A stretch of 64,000 bases of DNA from Gammaproteobacteria bacterium (GCA_027315405.1 DAHUYB010000068.1:13391-77390), one strand, 5' to 3'. Positions 1 through 13,708 are shown, counted from the first letter of the stretch. Notes: generated by a model from the letters alone, not told the origin. Numbers and translations: made by a program.

Positions 1-167
1 GCAGTATGTGCGACTGCCCTCGAAGCAGGGGCATGATTCCTTCCTGGTTGATGTGGATCGGTTCCGTCCGACCGTTGGGGACTTTATCGCCGCCCTGTGA
101 GTGTGGTGGTGCTGTCAAACTCGCAGTTATGTTTGGCGCTGGTTGTGCAATCCCAGTAGGCCAGTGC

Positions 168-1016
168 CTATCTCTTTTGAACCGCGGGGCTGGTATCCGA
201 AGTGCCGATCAGAAACGCGCGCGGATCCACCGGCGTACCGTTGAGGCTCACGGTCCAGTGCAGGTTTGGGCCGGTGGTGCGGCCGGTGGCGCCGATGCTG
301 CCGACGATCTGGCCCTGTTCAACTGCCTGTCCGCGCTTAACATCAATTTTGTTCAAATGACAATATACGCTGTATAAACCTTGGCCCAAGCTGATGGTCA
401 GCGTGTGGCCGCAAAAATAATAATGACCCACGTCCACCACCGTTCCGACCGCCGGCGCGCGTACCGGCGAGTTCCTCGGCGCGCCGATATCAATGCCGCT
501 GTGAGGGCTGCGGGGTTCACCATTAAGGAAGCGGCGCAGGCCGAAGCCGCTGGTCTCGGGTCCCGCCGCCGGCCAGATGAACGCCAGAGCGGGATCGCGA
601 TCCGGTACCCAGGTATCGAGCAGTTTGCTCAGATGCGCTTGCTCCCGTTCGATGCGATCAAGTTCCGCGGAGGTGGGATTCACCAATTGCGGGTTCTTGA
701 TGATGAGTCTCTGTTCCGGATAGCGCTTGGGCAGTACGCTGAATTTGATTTGCCGCGGCCGTGGCCCCGTCATGCGCACGGCCAGTTCCCAAGTGCCCGC
801 GGCAGCGGCAAGCGGAATGCCGACGATGGCGTACCAATGACCGGTATATTTTACCACCATGATGCGTTGCCCATCGAAATACACCCGTGGGGTAGTTGCG
901 GTGGCAGGCAATTCAATCACCGCCACGCCTCCTGGTACCGGCTCGTTCCTTGGCAGCCTGGCCGCCGCGACTATGGGTAAAAATGCAGCCACCAGAAGCG
1001 CCACGCCACCTTTCAT
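168..1016 (-). CDS. M23/LytM-family metallopeptidase-like protein, probably exported
   Basis: 282-aa ORF with a hydrophobic N-terminus (MKGGVALLVAAFLPIVAAA). LytM motifs are HSGIDIGAP (HxxxD), YCHL and GPNLHWTVSLNG, where the HxH position reads NLH. Its start overlaps the xseA stop by 4 nt. Confidence 0.8.
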   Translation of the reverse strand: MKGGVALLVAAFLPIVAAARLPRNEPVPGGVAVIELPATATTPRVYFDGQRIMVVKYTGHWYAIVGIPLAAAAGTWELAVRMTGPRPRQIKFSVLPKRYPEQRLIIKNPQLVNPTSAELDRIEREQAHLSKLLDTWVPDRDPALAFIWPAAGPETSGFGLRRFLNGEPRSPHSGIDIGAPRNSPVRAPAVGTVVDVGHYYFCGHTLTISLGQGLYSVYCHLNKIDVKRGQAVEQGQIVGSIGATGRTTGPNLHWTVSLNGTPVDPRAFLIGTSDTSPAVQKR

Positions 1017-2395
1017 TTTGCGACCTCTTTGGCTATGGATTCGATTTCGGCAGACAGCCGGCCGTCGGCGAGTCGCGCCTGGATTTTATGACCGATGCGG
1101 GTGGAATCCACCGAGGCGATCACCGTGCCGCTGGCCGCATCCGTCAGGATGGCATAACCCCGGTCAAGGGTTGCCAGCGGATTGACGGTATCCAGCCCAC
1201 GCACCGCCAAACCCAAGCGACCCTCCAGATCTTTGAAATACTGGCGTGCAGCGAACGCCAGCCGCCCTGCTGCCGCTCGGCAACGGTTACCCAGCAGGGC
1301 GAGCCGGTGAGCGGGATTGTGCTGATACAGGCGTGCATGCAATCCATCCAGGCGGGCCGCCTGCGAGCGCTGCTGCGCTTGCAGTGATTGCAGCAAGCGC
1401 GCCTCCAGTTCATCCACGCGCTGGGCATGTTCCCGCAACAGCCGCGCGGGATGCAGTTGCTCGAGCCGTTCAGCACACCAGTCCAGCCGCTGGTGCAGAC
1501 CGGAGAGTACAGTCACAAGTGTTTGCGTCAGCGTACGGCGGGTTTGTGCGAGCCGGCGCAGCCATTCGCCGCCGTCGGGGGTCACCAGCTCCGCTGCCCC
1601 GGTGGGTGTGGGCGCACGCACGTCGGCGACAAAATCCGCAATGGTGAAGTCAATCTCATGGCCTATGCCACTGACAACCGGGATATCACATTCATAGATT
1701 GCACGTGCCACAACCTCCTCATTGAAAGCCCAAAGATCCTCCAGCGAACCGCCGCCGCGGGCCACGATGAGTACATCGCATTCGGCGCGGGCACCGGCTA
1801 TCCGCATCATGGCGGCAATTTTTTGCGCGGCGCCTTCGCCTTGTACCGGAACCGGATAGACAATCGTTCGCGCCAGCCGGTAGCGGCGGCGGATCACGCT
1901 CAGGATATCGTGCAGCGCCGCGCCGCTGGGCGAAGTCACCACGCCGATGCTGCGCGGCATACTTGGCAATAATTTCTTGTGGGCGGCGTCGAACCAGCCG
2001 GCTTTAGCGAGTTTCTGTTTGAGTTCCTCGAAGGCGCGCTGCAAGGCGCCGTGGCCGGCTTCCTCCAGGTGCTCGATGATGAGTTGGAAGTCGCCGCGGG
2101 CCTCGTACAAGCTCACACGCGCGCGCACCAGTACGTGCATGCCGTCGGCTGGTTTGACACGCAGGCCACCCGCACGGTTGCGGAACAAGGCGCAGCGCAC
2201 TTGCGCGGAAGTATCCTTGAGGGAAAAATACAGGTGCCCCGAGGCCGGACGCGACAGATTGGACAGTTCGCCCTCTACCCAGATGAGCGGGAAGCCGCCC
2301 TCCAGCAGAGCGCGCGCCTCATGGTTGAGCTGTGAAACCGAGAGCACCCGCCGCCCGGGGGGTTCCAGTACCACGCTTTCCTGTGCTGATGTCAT
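1013..2395 (-). CDS. xseA: Exodeoxyribonuclease VII large subunit
   Basis: 460-aa ORF. The N-terminal OB-fold signature LSVSQLN..ARALLEGGFPLIWVEGELSNLSRPASGHLYFSLKD and the long C-terminal coiled region are typical of XseA. Confidence 0.9.
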   Translation of the reverse strand: MTSAQESVVLEPPGRRVLSVSQLNHEARALLEGGFPLIWVEGELSNLSRPASGHLYFSLKDTSAQVRCALFRNRAGGLRVKPADGMHVLVRARVSLYEARGDFQLIIEHLEEAGHGALQRAFEELKQKLAKAGWFDAAHKKLLPSMPRSIGVVTSPSGAALHDILSVIRRRYRLARTIVYPVPVQGEGAAQKIAAMMRIAGARAECDVLIVARGGGSLEDLWAFNEEVVARAIYECDIPVVSGIGHEIDFTIADFVADVRAPTPTGAAELVTPDGGEWLRRLAQTRRTLTQTLVTVLSGLHQRLDWCAERLEQLHPARLLREHAQRVDELEARLLQSLQAQQRSQAARLDGLHARLYQHNPAHRLALLGNRCRAAAGRLAFAARQYFKDLEGRLGLAVRGLDTVNPLATLDRGYAILTDAASGTVIASVDSTRIGHKIQARLADGRLSAEIESIAKEVAK

Positions 2396-2488
2396 GCGCC
2401 ATGATAGCCGCGGCGCTGGGGCGGCGAAAGCTAAAGCTGCGGCTTGGTGGAATTCAGGGCACTGCCCGGTTTACCCGGCGAGTATTAA

Positions 2489-4000
<1,512 letters not shown>

Positions 4001-4119
4001 TGCGCTCACTCCATTTGAGGCAAGGAGCGGGGAGTGAGGCGTAAACCAGATACAGGCTTTTCCATTTACTATCGGCTCCCCATCCGCGCCGCAGAAAAAA
4101 ACCGTAGCGAAACCCTTGC

Positions 4120-5742
4120 ATGAAATCCGCCCGCACGCCGGACACCCGAATAGCTTCCACCGTTTCCGAGCCCCGCGATATTCATGCGCAGCGCATCCTG
4201 ATTGTTGATTTTGGTTCCCAGTGGACGCAATTGATCGCACGCCGCGTACGCGAGATCGGCGTGTTCTGCGAAATCCGTTCGCCGGAAATAAGCGCGCAGG
4301 CCATCCGTGAATTCGCCCCACGCGGCGTGATTCTGTCGGGCGGGCCGGAGTCGGTAGTGGGTCAGGCCACCCCCAAGACGCCACCCGCAGTTTTCGACCT
4401 GGGAGTGCCGGTGCTGGGCATCTGCTATGGCATGCAGGATATGGCCGCGCAACTCGGCGGTAAGGTAAGCGGCGGTGCACACCGAGAATTCGGGGTTGAG
4501 CCAATGACGGTGACCGCGGCGTCCTCACTGCTGGACGGCCTTGCTGACAACCAGGATACCCAGGGCCATGCGCTGCTGGAAGTGATGATGAACCATGGCG
4601 ATGCGGTGATCGGGTTGCCGGCGGGGTTCATCTCGATTGGCGCATCGCAGGATATCTCCTGCGCGGCCATGGCGGATGAGGCGCGGCGTTTCTATGGCGT
4701 GCAGTTCCACCCGGAGGTCACCCAGACAATTCAGGGCGGCAGGATACTCTCGCGTTTCCTGCTGGATATCTGCGGTTGTGCGGCTGTGTGGAATCCCACC
4801 CGCATTATCGAAGATGCCATCCGCAGGGTGCGTGAACAGGTCGGCACCGGCAAGGTGCTGCTGGGACTGTCCGGCGGGGTGGATTCATCCGTCGTGGCGG
4901 CGCTCTTGCATAGCACCATCGGCGACCAGTTGACCTGCGTATTTGTGGACACGGGACTGCTGCGCCTGCACGAGGGCGATCAGGTCATGGAGACTTTCGC
5001 GCGTCATATGGGCGTGCGGGTTCTGCGTGTGGACGCAGAGCCGCGGTTCATGAGAGCGCTCACCGGCATTACCGATCCTGAACAGAAACGCAAAACCATC
5101 GGCAAACTGTTCATTGAGGTATTTGAGGAGCAAGCCGCCAAACTAAAGGATGTGCAGTGGCTGGCCCAGGGTACTATTTATCCCGACGTTATCGAGTCAG
5201 CCGCCGCCAGCAGCAAAGCGCATGTGATCAAGTCCCATCACAACGTGGGTGGCCTGCCGGCAGCTATGAACCTCAAGCTGGTAGAGCCGCTCAAGGAACT
5301 CTTCAAGGACGAAGTGCGCAGGATCGGTGTCCAGTTGGGCCTGCCCCGAGAGATGGTGAGCCGCCATCCGTTCCCGGGGCCGGGTCTGGGGGTGCGCATC
5401 CTGGGAGAGGTCAAGAAGGAGTATGCGGACTTGCTGCGCAGTGCCGACGCTATATATATGGAGGAGTTGCGCAACTCCGGGCTATATGAGCAGGTCAGCC
5501 AGGCGTTTGCCGTGTTCCTGCCGGTGCGTTCCGTGGGGGTCATGGGCGACGGTCGCCGTTATGACTACGTGGTGGCCCTGCGCGCGGTGGAGACCGTGGA
5601 TTTCATGTCGGCGCGCTGGGCACGCCTTCCCTATGATTTCCTCGACCGGGTGTCCCGGCGCATCGTGAACGAGGTGGCCGGCATTTCGCGGGTGGTGTAT
5701 GACATCAGCGGCAAGCCGCCGGCCACCATCGAGTGGGAATAA
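4120..5742 (+). CDS. guaA: GMP synthase (glutamine-hydrolysing)
   Basis: GATase domain ([28 protein letters not shown]), ATP-PPase P-loop SGGVDSS and a C-terminus ending PPATIEWE. The N-terminus is about 15 aa longer than usual, so the start is somewhat uncertain. Confidence 0.92.
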   Translation: MKSARTPDTRIASTVSEPRDIHAQRILIVDFGSQWTQLIARRVREIGVFCEIRSPEISAQAIREFAPRGVILSGGPESVVGQATPKTPPAVFDLGVPVLGICYGMQDMAAQLGGKVSGGAHREFGVEPMTVTAASSLLDGLADNQDTQGHALLEVMMNHGDAVIGLPAGFISIGASQDISCAAMADEARRFYGVQFHPEVTQTIQGGRILSRFLLDICGCAAVWNPTRIIEDAIRRVREQVGTGKVLLGLSGGVDSSVVAALLHSTIGDQLTCVFVDTGLLRLHEGDQVMETFARHMGVRVLRVDAEPRFMRALTGITDPEQKRKTIGKLFIEVFEEQAAKLKDVQWLAQGTIYPDVIESAAASSKAHVIKSHHNVGGLPAAMNLKLVEPLKELFKDEVRRIGVQLGLPREMVSRHPFPGPGLGVRILGEVKKEYADLLRSADAIYMEELRNSGLYEQVSQAFAVFLPVRSVGVMGDGRRYDYVVALRAVETVDFMSARWARLPYDFLDRVSRRIVNEVAGISRVVYDISGKPPATIEWE

Positions 5743-5755
5743 TGAAAGTGGTGCC

Positions 5756-6304
<549 letters not shown>

Positions 6305-6418
6305 GCCAGCTATAGCTGCCTGCGGGTGTGGGCTAAAATAATCGGCTCAACGCCCAGCCAGGGAAGACGAGGCGGGTCAGCTTGCCATGGAGGGCGCGTT
6401 GCGTATGAAGAGCTTTTT

Positions 6419-6510
6419 GGAGAGGTACCGAAGCGGTCACAACGGCACCGACTCGAAATCGGTTGGGGGTTAAATGCCCCACGTGGGTTCGAATCCCACC
6501 CTCTCCGCCA
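6419..6510 (+). tRNA. tRNA-Ser (anticodon CGA), class II with long variable arm, encoded CCA
   Basis: Hand-folded. Acceptor GGAGAGG/CCTCTCC, 3-bp D stem CCG/CGG, anticodon stem ACCGA/TCGGT with loop CT-CGA-AA, long variable arm, T arm GTGGG-TTCGAAT-CCCAC, discriminator G plus CCA. Confidence 0.9.
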
Positions 6511-6556
6511 TTTATTCCACTACACTTGATATAGTCTGTTCACCTGGAATTCAAGC

Positions 6557-6895
6557 ATGACCGCTCGTCATATATATAAAGTGATTTTCATGAACCAGGG
6601 CAAGATCTACGAGGTCTATGCCCGCAAGGTGAGTCAGGATGGTTTCTGGGGATTCATCGAGATAGAACAGTTGGTGTTTGGCGAGCGTTCCAGCGTGGTG
6701 CTGGATCCCGGCGAAGAGAAGCTCAAGGATGAATTTGCCGGCGTGAAGCGCACGTATATTCCCATGCATGCAGTGATACGCATCGACGAGGTGGCTCACG
6801 AAGGTGCTGCCAAGATCATCGCCCTGGAGGGCGCTTCCAATGTGACGCCATTCCCGATGCCCATGTATACACCCGGCAGTACCCACAAAAAATGA
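6557..6895 (+). CDS. DUF1820-like small conserved protein
   Basis: 112-aa ORF. IYKVIFMNQGKIYEVYARKVSQDGFWGFIEIEQLVFGE matches my recollection of the DUF1820 family pattern. Confidence 0.65.
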   Translation: MTARHIYKVIFMNQGKIYEVYARKVSQDGFWGFIEIEQLVFGERSSVVLDPGEEKLKDEFAGVKRTYIPMHAVIRIDEVAHEGAAKIIALEGASNVTPFPMPMYTPGSTHKK

Positions 6896-6935
6896 AATAT
6901 TCGGTGGTCGGGCCTGAGCCCGTGACTCTCTGAAC

Positions 6936-7706
6936 ATGCGCTTCGCCCTGCTGGGCAGCGGCAGCCGCGGCAATGCCACGCTGGTGCAGTCCGGCCGCAC
7001 CTGCGTGATGGTGGATTGCGGCTTTTCCGCGACTGAAACCACAGCGCGACTTGCACGGCTGCAAATTGCTCCCGAAGATGTTTCGGCTATCCTCATCACC
7101 CACGAACATGCAGATCATGTCAATGGCGCAGCCAGGTTCGCCGGCCATTATGGAATACCGATCCGCTGCACGCCGGGTACGCTGGCAGGTTGCGCGAAAC
7201 TCGGCGTCGAAGCACTCGAGACCATTGACCCGCAGCTGGAGTTTCAGTTGGACGATCTTATGGTCACACCCTTGACGGTACCGCATGATGCGCGCGAGCC
7301 GACGCAATTTGTTTTTTCCGATGGCCGTCACCGATTGGGTATTTTGACTGATACGGGCAGTATCACGGGCCATATCCGGCGGCTGCTGGATGGCTGCGAC
7401 GCACTGATCCTCGAATGTAACCACGACAGTGCTCTGCTGGAGAACGGCCCTTATCCGGCACAGCTCAAATCACGGGTCGGCGGGCCCTTGGGGCATCTCA
7501 GCAACACGCAGGCAGCGGGATTATTGACGGATTTGGAGTGCGGAGGGCTGCAGCACCTGGTGGCGGCGCACTTGAGCGAAAAGAACAATACACCCGCATT
7601 GGTGCGTGAGGCGCTTGCGAGGGCCATGAACTGTGAGCATGACTGGATACAGCTGGCCACGCAGGATGCAGTCTTGGACTGGCGCGAATTGCTGACAGGC
7701 GGTTGA
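6936..7706 (+). CDS. MBL-fold metallo-hydrolase
   Basis: 256 aa. Begins MRFALLGSGSRGNA, then VMVDCGFS and the metallo-beta-lactamase motif ILITHEHADHVNGA. Confidence 0.8.
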   Translation: MRFALLGSGSRGNATLVQSGRTCVMVDCGFSATETTARLARLQIAPEDVSAILITHEHADHVNGAARFAGHYGIPIRCTPGTLAGCAKLGVEALETIDPQLEFQLDDLMVTPLTVPHDAREPTQFVFSDGRHRLGILTDTGSITGHIRRLLDGCDALILECNHDSALLENGPYPAQLKSRVGGPLGHLSNTQAAGLLTDLECGGLQHLVAAHLSEKNNTPALVREALARAMNCEHDWIQLATQDAVLDWRELLTGG

Positions 7707-7923
7707 ACCAACCTGGTTATTCCGATCGATGCAGGTGGCCTACGTTTGCAGGGTGTCTAACAGGTTGAAAAAATGGAGAAATCGGGAAACCACGATTTCC
7801 GTTTGTAATGCTGAAAAGGTCAAAACGATCTTCAATATTTTGGAGAACGTGTGACTGGAGGGTGTGGCTACCTTCCGGTAAAATGTCCGTCTGATTACGC
7901 TCCCTTTTCCGCAAGGACCAAGC

Positions 7924-10900
7924 ATGTTGCAGTTCCGTGGTGGCCCGGCGTTCTCCGAGTTCCGCATCCAGAAACTGCTCGATAATCTGCACACGCTGAT
8001 CCCGAGGGTTTCCGGCCTGAGCGCGGAATTCAGCTATTTCGTGGATTTGGCCGGTGTCCTCAGTATCGGCGAACAGCGCATCCTCAAAGAATTGCTGGCC
8101 GAAGACCAGCCTCCGGCAACTCAAACACCGGCCGGGTTATTGTTGTTGTGTGTGCCGCGTTTTGGCACGATTTCACCCTGGGCCAGCAAGGCCACCGACA
8201 TTGCTCACAACTGCGGTTTGGGCAAAATCCGCCGTATCGAGCGCGGCATTGCTTTCCACCTGACCCACACCGGCGCACCGCCAAATCGCGATGCCTTGAC
8301 GCGTGCCGCCCCCGTGCTGCATGACCGCATGACCCAGATATTACTAAGCGATGCCGATGAGGCGGCCAAACTCTTCGACCAGGCAGCGCCGGCGCCAATC
8401 CAGAGTGTGGATATTCTCAAGGGCGGCCGTCGGGCACTGGTCAAGGCCAACCAGGAATACGGTTTTGCGCTTTCCGATGACGAAATAAACTATCTGATTG
8501 ATAATTTCAAGAAGCTCAAGCGCAACCCAACGGACGCGGAACTCATGATGTTCGCCCAGACGAATTCCGAGCATTGCCGCCACAAGATTTTCCGTGGCGA
8601 CTGGATCATAGATGGAGAACCACAGGCCATTTCACCGTTTGACCTGATTCGTCGGACTCACGAACACAACCCCCAGGGGGTGTTATCCGCTTACCGCGAC
8701 AACGCATCCGTAATCCAGGGTTACAAAGGCAGCCGCTTCTTTCCGCGCCCGTTGGACAAGCTCTATGCACGTCATGAGGAGCCCATCCACATCCTTATGA
8801 AAGTCGAGACCCACAACCATCCAAGCGCGATTTCGCCGTTCCCCGGCGCCGCCACCGGGGCCGGCGGTGAAATCCGCGACGAGGCAGCGACCGGGCGCGG
8901 AGCAAAACCCAAAGCCGGCCTCACGGGGTTTTCCGTATCCAATCTTCACATTCCGGGATTCGAACAACCCTGGGAGCGGGAATACGGCAAACCCGCGCGT
9001 ATTGCCTCTGCTTTGGACATCATGCTCGAGGGGCCCATCGGTGCGGCTGCGTTCAATAATGAATTCGGCCGGCCGGCCCTCAACGGCTATTTCCGCACCT
9101 ACGAAATGCGGGTGAATGGGGCTGCGCGTGGCTACCACAAGCCCATCATGATTGCCGGCGGTCTGGGAAATATCCGCGCGTTGCATGTTGAGAAAAAGGT
9201 ACTACCCGCGGGCACCAAGGTGATTGTGTTGGGTGGACCCGCCATGATGATTGGTCTGGGCGGCGGAGCCGCCTCCAGCATGGCCAGCGGCGCCAGCGTC
9301 GAGGATCTGGATTTTGCCTCGGTGCAACGCGGTAATCCGGAGATCCAGCGGCGCGCCCAGGAAGTAATTGATGCCTGTTGGGCGTTGGGGGAAGCCAATC
9401 CCATCCTCTCGGTTCATGACGTCGGTGCGGGCGGGCTGTCGAATGCGGTACCCGAAATCCTGGATACGAGCCGGCGCGGCGGCCTGCTGGAACTCAGGAG
9501 CATACCCAACGACGAACCGGGAATGTCGCCGATGGATATCTGGTGCAATGAGGCCCAAGAGCGTTTTGTATTGGCGGTGGCGCCTGCACAGCTCATGGAA
9601 TTCGAACGTATCTGCAAGCGCGAGCGCTGCCCATTTGCCGTCATTGGCGAAGTCACCGGTGAGCGCATGCTGGTGGTGAAGGATTCGCACTTCGATACCC
9701 AACCCGTGGATGTTAGTATGCAGGTCTTATTGGGCAAACCGCCAAAGATGCTGCGAGATGTGCAGCGCATCAAGCCGGTGCCCAATCGCTTCGATACCAG
9801 CAAACTTGATTTGCAGGATGCGGCCCTGCGGGTGTTGCGTCTGCCGGCGGTGGCGGACAAGAGTTTCCTCGTGACTATCGGTGACCGCAGCGTCGGCGGT
9901 CTTGTATGCCGCGACCAGATGGTGGGTCCATGGCAGGTACCGGTCAGTGATCTGGCGGTTACCGCGGCGAGTTATGACGGCTACCATGGCGAGGCCATGG
10001 CCATGGGCGAACGCACTTCTTTGGCAGTGATCAATGCGCCGGCTTCGGGCCGTATGGCGGTGGCGGAAGCCCTCACCAACATCGCCGCCGCCGGTATCGG
10101 CGAGCTGGCACAGGTGCGGTTGTCGGCCAACTGGATGGCGGCTTGCGGACACCCTGGTGAGGACGCGGCACTTTACGATACGGTAAAAGCCGTAAGCGAA
10201 CTGTGCGTGGCCTTGAATATCGCCATCCCGGTGGGCAAGGATTCCCTGTCAATGAAAACCGTATGGCAGCAGGAAGGCGCAACCCGCACGATGGTGGCGC
10301 CTCTGTCACTCATCGTATCCGCGTTTGCGCCGGTAGAGGATGTGCGTCGCACGCTTACGCCGCAATTGCGCCTGGATAAGGGTAATACCGCGCTGCTACT
10401 GATTGATCTGGGCGGCGGCCGCAACCGCTTAGGGGGATCCTGTCTGGCGCAAGTGTTTGGCGGGGCCGGCGAAATCACTCCGGATATAAACAGCGCGGCG
10501 GAACTGGGCGGTTTTTTCGCGGCCATACAGGAATTGAATGCCGCCGAAAGGCTGCTCGCCTATCATGACCGTTCTGATGGCGGCCTGTTCGTGAGTCTGT
10601 GCGAAATGGCGTTTGCATCCCATTGTGGCATTGCAGCGCAACTGGATGAGATTGGAGACGACGTCTTTGCAGCGCTGTTTACCGAGGAGGCCGGTGCGGT
10701 CATCCAGGTACATGAAGAAGATGTGCCTTTGGTGCAGCGGATATTCGCAAGCCATGGATTGTTGAATGTGCCATTTCTGGGTATACCACGTGATGATGAC
10801 CGTATCGCATTCAGTAGCGGCGGGCAGCTGGTACTTGATGGTAGGCGCACTGAATTTCAAAGCGCCTGGAGCGAAACCAGCTTGCATATGCAACGCTTGC

Positions 10901-11802
10901 GGGATAATCCCGAAGGTGCGCAGCAGGAATTCGAATCCAAGTTGGATGCAGGTGATCCCGGCCTGCACGTGAAATTGAACTTCGATGTCAGCGAAAACGT
11001 GGCTGCACCTTTTATCGCCACGGGATTGCGTCCGCGTGTTGCAATATTGCGGGAGCAAGGCGTCAATGGTCAGGCTGAGATGGCAGCCGCCTTTGATCGT
11101 GCCGGCTTTGCCGCCGTGGACGTACATATGACTGATATCACGGAAGGGCGCGTGAGTCTGGCTGATTACGCCGGCATCGTCGCTTGTGGCGGATTCTCCT
11201 ACGGTGATGTGCTGGGCGCCGGCCAGGGTTGGGCCAAATCGATTCTCTTCAATCCGCGCGCACGTGATGAGTTCGGGCAGTTTTTCGATCGCAGCGACAG
11301 CTTCGGCCTGGGTATTTGCAACGGTTGTCAGATGATGGCAGCGTTGGGTGACCTGATGCCCGGTACCGTGGGTTGGCCGCGTTTCGTGCGTAACGCGTCG
11401 GAACAATTCGAAGGCCGACTGAGTCTGGTGGAAATCCAGCCGTCCACCTCGGTGTTTTTTACCGGTATGGAGGGCACGGTATTGCCCATCGTGGTGGCGC
11501 ATGGGGAAGGGCGGGCAAAATTCGCCCGCACCGATGGCGCCGAGCAATTGTTGACCAGCGGTCGTGTACCGCTGCGTTTCGTGGATAACCATGAACGCGC
11601 CACGGATCGCTATCCTGCCAATCCGAACGGTTCACCCCTCGGCATTGCCGGCATCAGTAATACGGATGGCCGTTATACCTTGCTGATGGCTCACCCCGAG
11701 CGGGTGTTTCGCACGCTGCAAATGTCCTGGCACCCGCGGGACTGGGATGGAGATGCACCCTGGCTGCGCTTGTTTCGCAACGTGCGGGCGTGGGTGGGGT
11801 AA
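7924..11802 (+). CDS. purL: Phosphoribosylformylglycinamidine synthase (single-chain large form)
   Basis: 1292 aa. N-terminus [19 protein letters not shown], a central AIR-synthase-like duplication and a C-terminal GATase with GICNGCQMM. Confidence 0.95.
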   Translation: MLQFRGGPAFSEFRIQKLLDNLHTLIPRVSGLSAEFSYFVDLAGVLSIGEQRILKELLAEDQPPATQTPAGLLLLCVPRFGTISPWASKATDIAHNCGLGKIRRIERGIAFHLTHTGAPPNRDALTRAAPVLHDRMTQILLSDADEAAKLFDQAAPAPIQSVDILKGGRRALVKANQEYGFALSDDEINYLIDNFKKLKRNPTDAELMMFAQTNSEHCRHKIFRGDWIIDGEPQAISPFDLIRRTHEHNPQGVLSAYRDNASVIQGYKGSRFFPRPLDKLYARHEEPIHILMKVETHNHPSAISPFPGAATGAGGEIRDEAATGRGAKPKAGLTGFSVSNLHIPGFEQPWEREYGKPARIASALDIMLEGPIGAAAFNNEFGRPALNGYFRTYEMRVNGAARGYHKPIMIAGGLGNIRALHVEKKVLPAGTKVIVLGGPAMMIGLGGGAASSMASGASVEDLDFASVQRGNPEIQRRAQEVIDACWALGEANPILSVHDVGAGGLSNAVPEILDTSRRGGLLELRSIPNDEPGMSPMDIWCNEAQERFVLAVAPAQLMEFERICKRERCPFAVIGEVTGERMLVVKDSHFDTQPVDVSMQVLLGKPPKMLRDVQRIKPVPNRFDTSKLDLQDAALRVLRLPAVADKSFLVTIGDRSVGGLVCRDQMVGPWQVPVSDLAVTAASYDGYHGEAMAMGERTSLAVINAPASGRMAVAEALTNIAAAGIGELAQVRLSANWMAACGHPGEDAALYDTVKAVSELCVALNIAIPVGKDSLSMKTVWQQEGATRTMVAPLSLIVSAFAPVEDVRRTLTPQLRLDKGNTALLLIDLGGGRNRLGGSCLAQVFGGAGEITPDINSAAELGGFFAAIQELNAAERLLAYHDRSDGGLFVSLCEMAFASHCGIAAQLDEIGDDVFAALFTEEAGAVIQVHEEDVPLVQRIFASHGLLNVPFLGIPRDDDRIAFSSGGQLVLDGRRTEFQSAWSETSLHMQRLRDNPEGAQQEFESKLDAGDPGLHVKLNFDVSENVAAPFIATGLRPRVAILREQGVNGQAEMAAAFDRAGFAAVDVHMTDITEGRVSLADYAGIVACGGFSYGDVLGAGQGWAKSILFNPRARDEFGQFFDRSDSFGLGICNGCQMMAALGDLMPGTVGWPRFVRNASEQFEGRLSLVEIQPSTSVFFTGMEGTVLPIVVAHGEGRAKFARTDGAEQLLTSGRVPLRFVDNHERATDRYPANPNGSPLGIAGISNTDGRYTLLMAHPERVFRTLQMSWHPRDWDGDAPWLRLFRNVRAWVG

Positions 11803-11854
11803 CGGTATAGCTATCGCTCAATAGTCGCATAATCCCGTTTCATGGGAATCAATA

Positions 11855-13708
11855 CTAGGGTAGTAGTCCGGCAGCGCCCAGCTGATCAAATTCGTCTTCT
11901 ATCCGCTGTCGGTGTTCTTCCGGGTATGCCACGGGACACCCATCCGAGCCGGGTTGGCAGAAGACTGATCTTTGCCCCGCGGTATTTGCCAACCGCAGCG
12001 CCACATTCCCGTCAGAATGATACCCACTGGCGGATAGTGTGGTTGCATCGGCGACAGCGGGACTCGCATCCCAGATGAACAAACTTTGGATCGATACCTG
12101 ATACCAATGACAAACGTGGCTACCGGTAAGCTCTACGCAACGGCCTTCGGGTTTGTGTCCCGAATCCGCTACAAAGGTGAAACGCACGCTGAGTTGGGGT
12201 GATATAACTTTCTTTTTGAATTGTACGGGTTCAAATTTCCAGGCGGAGATGGCAGCACGTACCGCGCCAGCCAAAGCCATCGGTCCATTCACCATTTCGG
12301 TATTGATGTCCTTGACCCGCCCGGTTTGACTGATGCGGAATGAAGCCTGTACCGTGCCGCCCAGGTCATAGCGCCAAACTTGGTAGGGGTAAGCAGGTTG
12401 TGGCAGCGGCTGCGCCGCGATAATTTGCAGCTCGGAAGCGGGCGGATTTCCTGACACATATTGAGTGACCGGTCTTGAAGGCGGCGTCGGTGCCGGCGGA
12501 ATCGGCGACAGGATCACAGGAACGGCTTGCGGGGATTCAAACCGGGGGCGCGCCATGGCCAATGTTCGCGCAAAGCGCGTGGGAGCAAGTTTTATCCGTA
12601 GGCCTAAAGCAGGGCGTTCCGCAAGCGGCCGTAGTTTACCTGTCTCTGGAGACTGGGGCTGAATTGGAGTCATTACCACTGCATGTGCAGATTGAAAGGA
12701 ATGGCCGGTTGCATGGCTATGCACCAGTCCAGCGACAGCGATTGATGCTGATAATCCGAGCAGCACCAGGGTCCAACCGGAGAAACGCTGCCTGGGTTCG
12801 GAATGATGGGCGAGGCGGTAAGCACGATGCAGCAGTGAGCCGCCATTTGCGGCCATGTTGAAGGCCGCATGCAGGCGCCCATCTTCAAGCGCCGCAAGAG
12901 CTTTGAGATAGACGACGCGATCGCCGCAGGTTTCCATGACGGCATCATCACAGCAAAATTCACGCTGGTAGCGCGCATCCCGGGAGATCCAATGCACCAC
13001 CGGGTGATAGAACAGCAGTGTTTCCACCACCAGTTGCAACAGGTTAAATAGGTAATCACGACGGCGGATATGTGCGAGCTCATGGGCAAGAATCATTTCT
13101 GCCTGCCGCCAGCTGAGTCCGCACACGGCGCTGGGTGGTATCAGGATCACCGGTTTGAGCCAGCCCAGGACCATGGGTGCGTGTGCGCGTGCCGAGGCAA
13201 TTAGATGCACCGTCGCTTTAACCCGCATTTTCTTAGCCAGCGCATCCAGCAGAGGTTGCCAGGGGTGGGCAGACGGGAACAACAAGGAGCGTCGCAGGCT
13301 AGCGGCCAGACGCCAGCCCCAGAGTGCGCGTCCCCCCATGAGTACCACCCCGCCGAGCCAGATAATCACAACCCATGGGATGAAGGGTGTGAGCCTATCC
13401 GCCAGCGTCTGAGAAAGGCTGGCATGCAGCGCGCTACCTGTGGTGGCCATAAATTCGATTCGCACCGACGGCGGCAGCGGCAAAGATTCGGTATTCCAGC
13501 AGGCCAAATAAAAGAAGGTGATCAAGGGCAGCAGCATGAGCGTGAAGAGAGCCGCCAATGCCAGACTGTAACGCGTTTGTGGAGCGGCATGGCGCAACAT
13601 GCGGCTCAAGCAGAGGTAGAGCATACCCACGAGTGCGCCCTGCCACAGGAAATGGATCAGCGTCCAGCCCAGATGCGCTATCAAGCTGGTTTGGGCGAGG
13701 CCGTTCAC
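11855..13708 (-). CDS. BlaR1-type M56 metallopeptidase fused to a TonB C-terminal-like domain plus a Cys-containing C-terminal extension
   Basis: 617 aa with N-terminal TM segments. M56 zinc motif ILAHELAHIRRRDYLFNLLQLVVETLLFYHPVV, a Pro-rich linker and a TonB_C-like segment (YPYQVW..GGTVQASFRISQTGRVKDI..AISAWKFEP). This is followed by CVELTGSHVC and about 84 further residues. A 4-nt overlap links it to the upstream blaI-like gene. Confidence 0.8.
   Translation of the reverse strand: MNGLAQTSLIAHLGWTLIHFLWQGALVGMLYLCLSRMLRHAAPQTRYSLALAALFTLMLLPLITFFYLACWNTESLPLPPSVRIEFMATTGSALHASLSQTLADRLTPFIPWVVIIWLGGVVLMGGRALWGWRLAASLRRSLLFPSAHPWQPLLDALAKKMRVKATVHLIASARAHAPMVLGWLKPVILIPPSAVCGLSWRQAEMILAHELAHIRRRDYLFNLLQLVVETLLFYHPVVHWISRDARYQREFCCDDAVMETCGDRVVYLKALAALEDGRLHAAFNMAANGGSLLHRAYRLAHHSEPRQRFSGWTLVLLGLSASIAVAGLVHSHATGHSFQSAHAVVMTPIQPQSPETGKLRPLAERPALGLRIKLAPTRFARTLAMARPRFESPQAVPVILSPIPPAPTPPSRPVTQYVSGNPPASELQIIAAQPLPQPAYPYQVWRYDLGGTVQASFRISQTGRVKDINTEMVNGPMALAGAVRAAISAWKFEPVQFKKKVISPQLSVRFTFVADSGHKPEGRCVELTGSHVCHWYQVSIQSLFIWDASPAVADATTLSASGYHSDGNVALRLANTAGQRSVFCQPGSDGCPVAYPEEHRQRIEDEFDQLGAAGLLP

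Noticed and set aside
6511-7706. A genomic island integrated at tRNA-Ser.
   Set aside because: The genes downstream of the tRNA (DUF1820, MBL hydrolase, purL) look like conserved core genes. I saw no integrase and no direct repeat of the tRNA 3' end.
7707-7923. A possible PurR-type operator or hairpin (GGAAAccacgaTTTCC) upstream of purL.
   Set aside because: It has only 5-bp arms and no resemblance to the 16-bp PurR box consensus as I remember it. It is indistinguishable from chance.
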